A stretch of 63,913 nt of DNA, filler included, from an uncultured bacterium (GCA_964471275.1; 6 parts of 6 records of this genome joined end to end with filler, not necessarily neighbours in it), one strand, 5' to 3'; counted from the whole stretch's first letter, positions 1 through 9,636 are shown. A program made the numbers and translations. Notes: generated by a model not told the origin, from the sequence alone.

Positions 1-103
1 GGATAAGTTGCGGGCAAACAACTCTTCCGTACGATCTTAGGTGACCCTCATTTCTCCTGGAACAAGGTCCTAACCTGTTAATACTATTCTGGAACAGTAC
101 AGT

Positions 104-2380
104 CTAGAACGACAGGTCTATGGCAGTCGAGGACAGTGTGCAGGTTTCGCTGTCGAAGCTCGGATCAGAATCCTGAGCGGCTTGCTTGAACGCAGTCAGA
201 TCACCGCCCGATCCGCAGTAACATATCCAGGCGACCTGGCGGCCTTCGGCACGGAGCTCCCGGTCGGTCAGGACTTCAGAGCAGACTGTCAACGGCTCGC
301 TGCACCAGAGCGCAACATAGCCGCCTCCCTTGCGGCCGAAGGCCCAGTGTGTCTGGATTTCGGATTCTTCCAAGGCGTCACACGGCCAGTGGGCGTGCGT
401 AAACGGGATCGGATGATCGTTCGGCGTGTTATAGACCTGGGCCAAGACGCTGCCCTTCTGTACGGTTCGGGGGAGGAAGCCGTTTCCATACCAGAATCCG
501 GGCCGAGAGCTGCTGAAGTCGAAGGTGGCGCCGGGATGGTTGACGAAGATGTGGCAGTCGCGGCCGAGGGTCGCGTGCCAGAGATGCTGCTGGTATCCCT
601 GTCTGCCCGGGATCAAGCCTTGCGTTGCGTATGCGGGATCGATGCGGGACTGGGCTTCCTGCCAGGATGCAGGCACTTGCAGGGATGTCAGCAGGTAGTC
701 CGATGTCTTCTCAAGTGTGATCTCTACACTGGCTTCCCTGTAGGTCTTGCTGACGGGTGCTGCCATCGTGTCGGCGAGATTTGAGGGTGGATCGTAGCCT
801 TCGGAGGCACCGATAAAGGAGATCCAGTCGTTTGACGCCGAGACAGCTCGTGGCGTCGTGTATGCGAGCATTGCCTGGGTGCCAGAGGCGTCAGGAATCA
901 GGACGTTGCGGTAGACACGGCCCTGCGGTCCGACGGTGACACCGTCAAAAGCGTGTTCAGCAATGACGGTGTAGAGCCGATCGATTAAGGCCATCGCTTT
1001 CTTCGACATCTCCTCATTATCCGCAAAATCCACAACGTTCAGAAGCGCGCCAACCGTGAGCGGGATGTAGGTGCTGCTCAGGAATTCGTGAAAGCCCTCT
1101 CTCTCCTTCTTGTCCAGCCACGCAGAACACCGTTCTCGCCCAATCCGTGCCTGCTCCTCACCACTTCGATCACAATTTGTGAACGTTTCCTCCGCAAACA
1201 GATCGCCTGCGATCATCTGACAACTGTGGAACAGTAGCGAATGGTTCTCGCTGTCGAAGCAGAGGGCATCGTTGCCTGGCTCGTCGTGCCAGTAGCGAAA
1301 TCCGATCGCGGTCCTGTGTATGCGTTTGCGCTCGGCTTCGGTCAACGAAGCGCCCTTGTAGAGCCTGAGAAGTGCCGAAAGAGGAAAATCCGCACAATCC
1401 GGTCGATCATCGATCCAATCGCACGCCTCTTCGATAATAGAGGTATCCCCCTCGTGCCGCTGACCGATCGTGTGTCGTGCCAGCACATTCATCACGCCTC
1501 CGCGACCCTTACCTTCTCTACTGGCAAGTGCATCGATGAAGCTCTTCTGCGCCTCTTCCACCGTCGTCGACGTTGTGATCTTGATCTGTCGATTCGCAGG
1601 GATTTCTAGACGTCGTGACAGTTTCTGACCCGCGGCGACGATCTGTATCTGGACGTTATCGACTCCGGTCGGCAGGTCGCATCGTTCGCCGCCGGTCGGC
1701 CAGTTGCGTTCCCCATTCCTTGTCTCGAGGGTTGCGGGCCCTGGTGGTGCGCCGGCTGCTGTTACGCCTCCCGGAAGCAGAATCCGGAGGCTGTCCAGCC
1801 ACTCGTACGTAGTCCTCAGATCGTCGGTCAGATCGGCTTCACCCGGCATGCGAATCTCGAACTCAGCAGCGCGGTCCAGAACCTGCAGACCAAAGAGCAG
1901 ACGTGTATCCCGGACTCCCAACGCCTGAACACGAGCTGAGATCTCGTTGCATCCCTCTTTGAGTTCGAGTGTCACTTCGACCGGATCGGGATACATGTAG
2001 CGGATACCCAGGTTCCGGGCTACGTGGTTGCCATCGATCCACAGGTCTCCGGCGCCGCACGACCAGAAGCGTACGCGATACGATCCATCTGTGGGTGGGT
2101 ACAGGTGGGTCGTGCCGAATGTGTTGAGTACCGAGAGGTTGTGCCAGAAGCTGCTCTGCTCTACGAAGATGTTCCGACCGGGATCGTAGAACTCCCACAA
2201 GTGCTCGTATGGACCCACGGCACCTATGGATGCGTTCGATGGGGCCGGGCCTATAACCGGATCGATGATGCGTTTGCGGAGATCGGGATCGGATCCGGGC
2301 TCACCTTCATAAGGGGCCGTGTGTTCGGGTATCACGAGCCAATGGCGGATATAGCCGGTTTCGTCCGGTGTGAATGACAT
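104..2380 (-). CDS. Large conserved hypothetical protein; probable N-terminal beta-sandwich plus alpha/alpha-toroid, possibly a carbohydrate-acting enzyme
   Basis: 758-aa ORF with natural composition; DCADF, FRYWHDEPGNDALCFDSENH, GFHEFLSSTY and RPGFWYGNG motifs resemble uncharacterised proteins of sugar-catabolic clusters. Confidence 0.7.
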   Translation of the reverse strand: MSFTPDETGYIRHWLVIPEHTAPYEGEPGSDPDLRKRIIDPVIGPAPSNASIGAVGPYEHLWEFYDPGRNIFVEQSSFWHNLSVLNTFGTTHLYPPTDGSYRVRFWSCGAGDLWIDGNHVARNLGIRYMYPDPVEVTLELKEGCNEISARVQALGVRDTRLLFGLQVLDRAAEFEIRMPGEADLTDDLRTTYEWLDSLRILLPGGVTAAGAPPGPATLETRNGERNWPTGGERCDLPTGVDNVQIQIVAAGQKLSRRLEIPANRQIKITTSTTVEEAQKSFIDALASREGKGRGGVMNVLARHTIGQRHEGDTSIIEEACDWIDDRPDCADFPLSALLRLYKGASLTEAERKRIHRTAIGFRYWHDEPGNDALCFDSENHSLLFHSCQMIAGDLFAEETFTNCDRSGEEQARIGRERCSAWLDKKEREGFHEFLSSTYIPLTVGALLNVVDFADNEEMSKKAMALIDRLYTVIAEHAFDGVTVGPQGRVYRNVLIPDASGTQAMLAYTTPRAVSASNDWISFIGASEGYDPPSNLADTMAAPVSKTYREASVEITLEKTSDYLLTSLQVPASWQEAQSRIDPAYATQGLIPGRQGYQQHLWHATLGRDCHIFVNHPGATFDFSSSRPGFWYGNGFLPRTVQKGSVLAQVYNTPNDHPIPFTHAHWPCDALEESEIQTHWAFGRKGGGYVALWCSEPLTVCSEVLTDRELRAEGRQVAWICYCGSGGDLTAFKQAAQDSDPSFDSETCTLSSTAIDLSF

Positions 2381-2498
2381 GATAGGCGCCTAGTAATAGG
2401 ATGAGGTTGGCCCACTTGGAGATTACTGCAGGTGGCTCTTTGCCTGCGTATGGGCTCGATCACGCAGACGTATCACTAACATGGCCTACAAGGAATTG

Positions 2499-3464
2499 CT
2501 ACGCCCAGTCAAAGATGACGGTTGGGCACTCACATTTGCGATGTAGAAGAGACTGGTAGGCTTCCTGAGCTGACTCGGGATCGCATCGGAGGCCCAGCCC
2601 CTCGACGCGGACCTTCTCCTCCGCGAGCCAGGTCAGGGCTGTCGCGAAGTTTCCGAAGATGCTCCGGTGGCGAAAGTCGTCCGTGTGTCTGGGGAGCTCC
2701 CATTCCCAGCCGCTCCGGATGTCGATGTAATTGAAGAAGACTGTGTGGAGCAGGTCGTGTGCGTATCGTTCCGTGCGTCGGGCCCAGGGGGCCCCCACAA
2801 GGACAACCTCCCCGCGCTTGCGGACGATCCGGGCACCGTCGACAACTGCTGCTTCGTGGCCTGAGCAATCGAGAAGCAGCGCGACGTTCCCGGCATCGGA
2901 GACTTCTGATACATCCGCGCGCGTTTCCTGGATGCCCAGCCGCCCCGCGAGTTCGCGCCGCTCCGTGTCCGGGTCACAACCAACGACGGTGTAACCGTGG
3001 GCGCGGAAGTTTTGAGCACCGAGATTGCCGACCGGACCGAGACCCGTGACGACGACTGTGTCCGGGGGACGTGCGGATGTCGTGATCAGTGTGGTCATCG
3101 TGACACCCAGCAGGCGAGCAAAGATCGCCGTGCGAGGGTTGAGACCGTCCGGAAGCGGAAGGGAGGTCTCAGTATCCACGACCTGATAGCTGGCGTGTCT
3201 GCCCATACAGAAACGGACGTCGCCGACGGAGACATCGTCGACCTCAGGTCCGATGTGTACCACTCGAAAGACGGCAGAGTAGCCGGGCTGCCTCGGGAAT
3301 TCGTCACCCAGGTACGAGCCGTTGAGTTCCGTTCCGGGGCTGACAAGGGTGGCGAGTGTTGGTCCGGCAATCTGGTTGGGACCGAGTTCGATCCTCTCTG
3401 TGGTAGAGAGAAGTTCGGCGGTTTCCCGGGTGGTGAAGGTGATTTGCTGGAGATCGAGGTTCAT
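2499..3464 (-). CDS. Zinc-binding alcohol dehydrogenase-like (MDR) oxidoreductase
   Basis: LVSPGTE, PGYSAV and the Rossmann GLGPVG motif; ATG 3464 preferred because the ORF extension to 3509 reaches into a repeat element. Confidence 0.85.
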   Translation of the reverse strand: MNLDLQQITFTTRETAELLSTTERIELGPNQIAGPTLATLVSPGTELNGSYLGDEFPRQPGYSAVFRVVHIGPEVDDVSVGDVRFCMGRHASYQVVDTETSLPLPDGLNPRTAIFARLLGVTMTTLITTSARPPDTVVVTGLGPVGNLGAQNFRAHGYTVVGCDPDTERRELAGRLGIQETRADVSEVSDAGNVALLLDCSGHEAAVVDGARIVRKRGEVVLVGAPWARRTERYAHDLLHTVFFNYIDIRSGWEWELPRHTDDFRHRSIFGNFATALTWLAEEKVRVEGLGLRCDPESAQEAYQSLLHRKCECPTVIFDWA

Positions 3465-3501
3465 GAAGGCAGTGAGTGGTGAAGGACAGGTGAGAACGTT
3501 A

Positions 3502-3690
3502 TCGTTCACCTTGAGTGCCGTCCTGGCGGATCAATAACGGTCTTTGATCAGCGGGATCAAAGATGCACGTCGTATCGAAAGGCGGGCGGTTGCTTGCGAA
3601 TCGAGCAGGGCCCTTCGATACGCCTGACATGATTGATCGCCGACTAGCCAAACACTACCGTCGAGCTAGCAGGCTACCCAGGGGGAACGG
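3502..3690. repeat. REP/REPIN-like nested inverted-repeat element
   Basis: Ends TCGTTCACCTTGAGTGCC and GGCTACCCAGGGGGAACGG are imperfectly complementary; inner IR CGTATCGAAAGGC (3571-3583) / GCCCTTCGATACG (3610-3622); perfect hairpin TCTTTGATC-AGCGG-GATCAAAGA (3541-3563). Confidence 0.65.
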
Positions 3691-3696
3691 TACCGG

Positions 3697-4047
3697 TTAG
3701 TTGAGGATGCGGCGGAGCCGGCGTTTGGCGGTGCCCTCGTGGCGTTTCACCAGCATGACCGAAGAGGAAGCGTAGCGGCCGACTTGGTCAGCGATGATGT
3801 ATCGACCGCTACGGCTCCGCTTGGCTCTGACCCACGGCTGGTCGGCGCCGGCTAGCTCGTTCATCAATCTGGAAGCGGCCTCCAGACATTCCATACGCCG
3901 GTTGTCCGGGCCATAGACGGGACGCTTTGACAGGACCCACTAGCCGGAGTCGTGGTCGATTCACCAGGTTCGATCAGGTTTCAGCTCAATGATCCGGTCC
4001 GGGGCGACGAGTTCGTAGGCATCAAGCGCCGCCGTCAGATCATCCAT
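3697..4047 (-). pseudogene. Remnant of an APH/phosphotransferase-like gene (N-lobe only)
   Basis: ATG 4047 sits at the very end of the upstream gene; frame reads MDDLTAALDAYEL...RTW*IDHDSG*WVLSKR...SRSGRYII with in-frame TGA (3961-3963) and TAG (3940-3942). Confidence 0.5.
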
Positions 4048-4762
4048 CGTATTCTCGGCGCACCTTCAAGAAGCTGTCGGCATGGTTCAGATTGACCATC
4101 TCGACGCCCCAGTCGATGATCCGCCGAAACGAATCGGGGTCGTTCTGTTGGTGGTAGACCATCACACGGATATTCCGCGACCTGGCCTCAGCGATTATGT
4201 CTTCCGTTACGTTTTCGAGCCCGATCTCAATGATGTCCATTCCAAAGTGATCGTATCGCTGGATCAATGTGTCGAGGCTGTTTACATTGACCTTGAGTGG
4301 CAGACCGGGCGCCTTTTTCTTCAGACCGAGAGCCCAGTCGTTATCACCGGACCAGAAGAAGCAGTCGTTTTCGAAGCCGTGTTTCTGGACCAGCTGTATG
4401 ATGGCCTCGTGTGTCGCCGACTTGACGTCAAAGAAGATTTTTGCTCTACCGTTGATCCAGTCGAGGAAGTCGGCCACTCTCGGGATTCGTTCCTCGGCAT
4501 GCTCTGGATCAAACCAGCTTCCCGCATCGAGTGTGTCGAGGATGTGTGAAGGCTGCTGATCTATCCGCCCGGTTCCATTGGTTGTTCGTTCCAACTCAGG
4601 ACCGTGCAGAACATACAGGACGCCGTCAGCACTTGTGCTGACGTCTATTTCGACATAGTCGACGCCCCAATCGAGACAGATTCGGGAAGAGGCATAGGTG
4701 TTTTCCGGTGCGAGTTCATTGGCGCCGCGATGGCAGACAATTTCAGGCAGATTTGTAGGCAT
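4040..4762 (-). CDS. Glycerophosphodiester phosphodiesterase family protein
   Basis: HRGANELAPENT, VEIDV, VLHG...RTTNG and ERIP motifs; start ATG 4762. Confidence 0.9.
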   Translation of the reverse strand: MPTNLPEIVCHRGANELAPENTYASSRICLDWGVDYVEIDVSTSADGVLYVLHGPELERTTNGTGRIDQQPSHILDTLDAGSWFDPEHAEERIPRVADFLDWINGRAKIFFDVKSATHEAIIQLVQKHGFENDCFFWSGDNDWALGLKKKAPGLPLKVNVNSLDTLIQRYDHFGMDIIEIGLENVTEDIIAEARSRNIRVMVYHQQNDPDSFRRIIDWGVEMVNLNHADSFLKVRREYDG

Positions 4763-4858
4763 GGGCCGCTGAGAACAGAAAGATGTTGTGTGAGGTTCAA
4801 AAGCGTGGCCGAAAGGTAGAGGAAGGCTTTGGATGTGGCAACCCTGGAAGACAATACG

Positions 4859-5866
4859 ATGAGCGGACGATTTCAGGCGATGATCGTTCGCGAGGATGGT
4901 GGAAGCTACACGCGTTCGGTGGAGGAGCGGGAGATTGCGGATCTGCCGGATGGGGATGTGATTATTCGCGTTCACTATTCCTCGCTGAACTACAAGGATG
5001 CGCTGTCCGCCACCGGCCATCGTGGCGTGACAAAGCAATATCCGCATACACCCGGGGTCGATGCCGCCGGTGAGGTGGTCTCCTCACGTCTACCCGACCT
5101 GAAACCTGGTGACCCGGTGACGGTGACGGACTACGATCTGGGGATGAACACACCCGGTGGTTGGGGAGAGGCGATCTCCGTTCCAGCGGGCTGGGTTGTT
5201 CCTCTACCAGACGGGCTGACGATGAGAGAAAGTATGGCGATCGGGACTGCTGGTCTCACCTCCGCCCTCTCTGTGCTGGAGATCACACGCTCGGGTATCA
5301 CGCCAGATCGCGGTGATATCTTGGTTACCGGTGCGACCGGAGGAGTTGGCAGTTTTGCCGTTGCGATCCTTGCACAGGCGGGATTCGGTGTCGTTGCTGC
5401 GACCGGGAAGCCTGTCGCGCGTCCCTACCTGATGGATCTGGGAGCGAGCGAGGTAATCGACAGACAGAACATCGATCCGCATCCGGATCGACCGATGAAC
5501 AAGGGACGGTATGCCGGTGTTGTGGATACGGTAGGCGGAGACATCCTGGCCGGGGCGATGAAGTCGGTGTTGCCAGGAGGGGCGGTGACGTGTTGTGGGC
5601 TAGTTGCGTCTCCTGATCTGAAGACGACGGTTTACCCATTCATTCTACGGGGCATTCGGCTGATCGGGGTGGACTGTGCGGAGTGTCCGGTGGAGACACG
5701 TCGAATTCTGTGGGAGAAGCTGGCGGGGGAGTGGAAGATCGATATGGGCGAGGAAATGGTAAGGGAAGTGGCGTTGACCGGGCTTGAGAACGAGATCGAA
5801 GGCATGCTGGCGGGGAAGAGCAAGGGGAGGGTGGTTGTGGGGCATGGTTCTGTGACCCGTGGATAA
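4859..5866 (+). CDS. acuI: Acryloyl-CoA reductase / quinone oxidoreductase, YhdH/YhfP (AcuI) family
   Basis: YSSLNYKDALS, PGVDAAG, AMAIGTAGLT, VTGATGGVGS and PFILRG motifs. Confidence 0.85.
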   Translation: MSGRFQAMIVREDGGSYTRSVEEREIADLPDGDVIIRVHYSSLNYKDALSATGHRGVTKQYPHTPGVDAAGEVVSSRLPDLKPGDPVTVTDYDLGMNTPGGWGEAISVPAGWVVPLPDGLTMRESMAIGTAGLTSALSVLEITRSGITPDRGDILVTGATGGVGSFAVAILAQAGFGVVAATGKPVARPYLMDLGASEVIDRQNIDPHPDRPMNKGRYAGVVDTVGGDILAGAMKSVLPGGAVTCCGLVASPDLKTTVYPFILRGIRLIGVDCAECPVETRRILWEKLAGEWKIDMGEEMVREVALTGLENEIEGMLAGKSKGRVVVGHGSVTRG

Positions 5867-5937
5867 TGACCAGTGGCTTGAGGATGAGGGTTGAAGATGC
5901 TGGGGATTGGCCAGTGGCCATTAACCATTAACCATTG
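5864..5937. repeat. Degenerate heptamer tandem repeats (STRR-like)
   Basis: Minus strand reads CAATGGT TAATGGT TAATGGC CACTGGC CAATCCC; a related array lies at 42726-42762. Confidence 0.55.
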
Positions 5938-6168
5938 AAGGGCGGGAGCTGAGACGTGGCGTCGGGTTTCGGATCAACTATGGGAAGGAGATGGCGTCGT
6001 TTTGCAGCTCTCGGCGAGGAGAGGCGTTGACATAGATGTCGTGGATGTAAATGGGTATGTGTTGAGGTTCAATGAGGCAGCGAAGTAGAGAATCAGAACA
6101 AGGCGGTGCTTGGTTTGTCGTGCTTAGGCAGATCAGAAGCGGGGGAGAAGAGACCAGAGGGGGCAAAA

Positions 6169-7533
6169 TTACAGGTTCTCAACGACGGCGATGGTGTCGA
6201 TGAGGCTAAGGCCGGTGTGATAGCCGGGGTCGGCGTCAGCGGTGGCGGGGATGGCGGAGATGGGAGTGCCTGAGGCGTCGAGGGTCTGATAGGCCATCAG
6301 GTGCAGGTCTGGCCGGACGAAACTGAGGAAGGCGTTGTGGCAGTCGCGGAAGATGCGACGGCACAGCGCCTTTTCTGTTTTATCCTCAGCAGATACGAGA
6401 CAATACGCGGCGGCACGAATGGTTTCAGGGAGATTCCACCAGGGCATGTCGGTGTTGAGGTGTCTACGTGTAACGAGGTCGAAGGCTTTGGAGATGCCGC
6501 CGGGATCGGGGATGAAACCGTTTTCAAAATTGCGTTGGAGGACGACGGGCAGCTGCGTTTTGACTTCGGCGATGCGTTCGGTCTGATCTGTGTCGGCATC
6601 GCCCGACTCCTCGGCCTCGTGGATGAATTTTGTGGCGAGGCCAACGAATTCGAGCGAGTGCCCTGGGTCAGAGAGCAGGACGTCTGCTGCATCCCGGTAG
6701 GGTTGACCCTCAGAGTCGACGCCTTCGAAGAAATCCCCTTCCTGGAGACCCCGGACCCGGTCGTCGAGACATACGTAGGAAGAGAGCTCATGTTCGATGA
6801 TCGCGAGTCCACGTTCGATCGCGGTGGGATGTCGGGATTGCACGAGCAGGGCGGCGCTGCCGATCTGGATCATGAAAGGTCCGTGCGCGTGGTAATCGGA
6901 TTGCGGTTCGACCGGGTTCTTGGAATCGAGCGATATCTGGTCTGTCCTGAACGTGTTGTCCCAGATCGCCTCTTCCACTTCGTCTATGTATTCACGGGCT
7001 TCACGGTCGGCCTCGCCATCACCGAGGCGGCGTGCTGCGGCCAACATGCCCTTGCTGGCGAAGAGGTCGCTGAATCCGTAGGGTTGCGTGTCCGATTCCA
7101 GGGGAATCGGATTGCCATCCGCATCAAGCCGGAAGGGGACACCGTCGGGACGCATGAAAAAGGACAGATGGCCCCCGTTGCGCTCCCGCATCCTGCGTAG
7201 CTGATCGAGGACGTTCCGGGTGATCGCGTCGAGTCTGCCGACAAGGCCGCTGTGATCGGGTCCATCGAGCCATCTCGCGTGACCGGAAAGTGCCTCGAGC
7301 GCACGTCCCTGTATCCAGCCGTAGACTGCCTGCTTACCGCGAACGGGATCGCTGTCCGGGAAGTCCAAGCCCGTGATCAGGTCCAGCTTTGTGTTGACGA
7401 AAGGGTAGGCGGGGTCGTACCGATCGGCAATCGCCTGCATCACCGTCACACAAATGGCCGTGTAATCGGGTATGACGGCTTTCAGGTCCGCCTCAGAGGA
7501 ATCCTGCGGTATGGCTGTCGCGAGATAGGTCAT
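6169..7533 (-). CDS. AGE (N-acylglucosamine 2-epimerase) superfamily epimerase/isomerase
   Basis: WIQGR, DPGHSLEF, PWWNLPET and C-terminal DPGYH motifs of (alpha/alpha)6 AGE proteins; 4-bp overlap with the upstream permease. Confidence 0.75.
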   Translation of the reverse strand: MTYLATAIPQDSSEADLKAVIPDYTAICVTVMQAIADRYDPAYPFVNTKLDLITGLDFPDSDPVRGKQAVYGWIQGRALEALSGHARWLDGPDHSGLVGRLDAITRNVLDQLRRMRERNGGHLSFFMRPDGVPFRLDADGNPIPLESDTQPYGFSDLFASKGMLAAARRLGDGEADREAREYIDEVEEAIWDNTFRTDQISLDSKNPVEPQSDYHAHGPFMIQIGSAALLVQSRHPTAIERGLAIIEHELSSYVCLDDRVRGLQEGDFFEGVDSEGQPYRDAADVLLSDPGHSLEFVGLATKFIHEAEESGDADTDQTERIAEVKTQLPVVLQRNFENGFIPDPGGISKAFDLVTRRHLNTDMPWWNLPETIRAAAYCLVSAEDKTEKALCRRIFRDCHNAFLSFVRPDLHLMAYQTLDASGTPISAIPATADADPGYHTGLSLIDTIAVVENL

Positions 7534-9611
7534 CTGGCCGGATCGAACCTCTCGTGCAGCGCTTCCAGACCGATCGTGTCTCCAATGAACGTGAGGCTGT
7601 CTCCGGCCTTGAGATATGTGTCGCCGCCCGGTACATACACGTGGTTGCCGCGACGGACCATCGCGACCAGAACCCCGTCCGGCAAGGTAAGGTCACGCAG
7701 CCTGTGTCCGACGAGATCGCTTGTTCTACTGTCTCTCCCGACGACCAGGGACATGAATCGATCATCGTGCAGGAGCACTTCCTTCAGTTTCTGTTCGTTC
7801 GAGGCGGCGTTCCAGTTCTTTTCGAATGACTCCGTGTCGACACGCTCTGCAATTTGAGCGAGAATGCGCAGGTGCATGCTGGGGTCGTTGTCCGGGCTGA
7901 AGAGGAAGAAGATCGCTTTTAGATTCTCCTCAGTCTCCTCGTCCGTCAGGGGATGCATATACTGGATGTGTATGCCGGGCTCGCGCGATCTGACCAGGAC
8001 CATCTCCGGATGTGACAGCTCCTGGATCCACAGATGCGGCAATCCTACACCGTGCGTGACGGGTGTTGCGCCGATATGGGTCCGCTCAAGGAGCTGATCG
8101 CGGATCTCTTCCGCGGTATGCTCCGTGTGGCCTGCCATCCATCTGGAAACATCCTCGACAACCGCCTCGAATTCCACGGGATGGTCCAGGTCGATCACCA
8201 GGCTCCGTGCGACGATTTCCTCGAAGGGGTCCTCCTCACGCAGTCCCTTTTCCCGCAGGATGCCACGCAGCTCGTGATCGAGACCCTCGTATCTTGATCG
8301 GCCAAGTCGTTCGAATACGTGGAAGATCGCACCCGTGCGGCTGACGCGTTTACGTCCATACAGGTTGAACCAGACGACACCGACCAGTCCAAGGCCCAGA
8401 GTGAAGGAGAGTGACCAGCTTCCCATCTCATAGATCAGGATGAAGGCGCTGACGATCCCGAATATCTGCAGCCACGGGTAGAGTGGTGTACGATAACCGG
8501 GGTCGTAGGAGACGAGTTTGCTCTCCCGCATGACGATGACGGCAAGGCAGACCAGGGCGAACATGAAGAGCTGAAACGAGCTGGCGAGTTTGGCGATTCG
8601 TGTCGGGTCCAGCAGGAGGATGATTGCAACGATGGTGCCCACGGAGGTCACAATCGCGTAAACTGGCGTTCCGGATTTTCCGATGCGCTGAAAGAACCTC
8701 GGAAGCAGGTGGTCACGACTCATTGCCAGCGGGTATCGAGAGGCGCTGAGTGTGCCCGCATTCGCGACGGAGATGAACGCCAGTAATGCGGCGATCGAGA
8801 GAATGACCGCACCGATTTCGCCGAACTGGTGGTGTGCGGCTGTTGCGACGGGTGTCATGTCCCCAGGTAGGATACTGGGCGGAATCAGGCCGACCATCAC
8901 GGTCGTGCCCACCCCGTAGACGACGATGGCCGAACCGAGAGCGAGGAAAACGCCAAGCGGAAGGTTGCGCTCAGGATCCCGCACCTCTTCGGAGAGGCTC
9001 GCGACGTTGGTGACACCGACGTAGCTGATGTAGACCAGACCCGCGGTTCCAAGGAGGGATGAGATGTCTACGATAAAGACATCACGCAGGTTCGCGATGT
9101 TCAGGTTGGTGACACCACTCCCGATGAAGCCCGTGAGGATCACGAGCAGACCCACGACCAGGAATCCTTGGAAGGCACCGCTCTTCTTGGCGCCAAACAG
9201 ATTCAGGGCTCCCAGTGCGATGGCAAGCCCTGCCGCGAGGGGTTGGATTTCGATCTCCGGGAAGAATATCCTCAGGTAAGCGCCCATACCCACGAGAGCG
9301 AACGCCGCCTTCAGGATCAGGGCCAGCCAGGTGCCGATTCCGCCAACCGTTCCCGCCATCGGCCCGAGCGTTCGATCCAGAAAATAGTAGACACCGCCGG
9401 CACGCGGCATTGCCGTCGCAAGCTCGACGATGCTGAGCATCGCGGGGATCAACGGTATGGCGGCAACCATGTAGGCCAGGATCATGGAGGATCCAACCTC
9501 TTGGGCCGCCAGGCCGGGCAGCAGGAAGAAACCGGAGCTTAGCGTCGCACCGGTGGCTATGGCGTAGACGTCGAAGAGACGCAGTTCCTTCTGTAGTCGC
9601 TGTCTTGCCAT
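7530..9611 (-). CDS. APC-family amino acid permease fused to PTS EIIA-like and TrkA_C (RCK_C) domains
   Basis: About 12 TM helices with SGFFLLPG, ELATAMPRAGG and EEVRDPERNLP; then GATPVTHGVGLPH...HLRILAQIA (EIIA type 2); then LVGHRLRDL...VPGGDTYLKAGD (RCK_C). Confidence 0.9.
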   Translation of the reverse strand: MARQRLQKELRLFDVYAIATGATLSSGFFLLPGLAAQEVGSSMILAYMVAAIPLIPAMLSIVELATAMPRAGGVYYFLDRTLGPMAGTVGGIGTWLALILKAAFALVGMGAYLRIFFPEIEIQPLAAGLAIALGALNLFGAKKSGAFQGFLVVGLLVILTGFIGSGVTNLNIANLRDVFIVDISSLLGTAGLVYISYVGVTNVASLSEEVRDPERNLPLGVFLALGSAIVVYGVGTTVMVGLIPPSILPGDMTPVATAAHHQFGEIGAVILSIAALLAFISVANAGTLSASRYPLAMSRDHLLPRFFQRIGKSGTPVYAIVTSVGTIVAIILLLDPTRIAKLASSFQLFMFALVCLAVIVMRESKLVSYDPGYRTPLYPWLQIFGIVSAFILIYEMGSWSLSFTLGLGLVGVVWFNLYGRKRVSRTGAIFHVFERLGRSRYEGLDHELRGILREKGLREEDPFEEIVARSLVIDLDHPVEFEAVVEDVSRWMAGHTEHTAEEIRDQLLERTHIGATPVTHGVGLPHLWIQELSHPEMVLVRSREPGIHIQYMHPLTDEETEENLKAIFFLFSPDNDPSMHLRILAQIAERVDTESFEKNWNAASNEQKLKEVLLHDDRFMSLVVGRDSRTSDLVGHRLRDLTLPDGVLVAMVRRGNHVYVPGGDTYLKAGDSLTFIGDTIGLEALHERFDPAR

Positions 9612-9636
9612 CGTGGTCTCGTCTTTCAGTCCATTC

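Noticed and set aside
3940..3963. In-frame TGA and TAG as selenocysteine/pyrrolysine or alternative genetic code
   Set aside because: All three stop codons terminate normal genes in the window, no SECIS-like hairpin was recognised, and the gene is also truncated.
5939..6088. Possible VOC/glyoxalase C-terminal remnant (DVVDVNGYVLRFNE)
   Set aside because: No start codon and too short to support.
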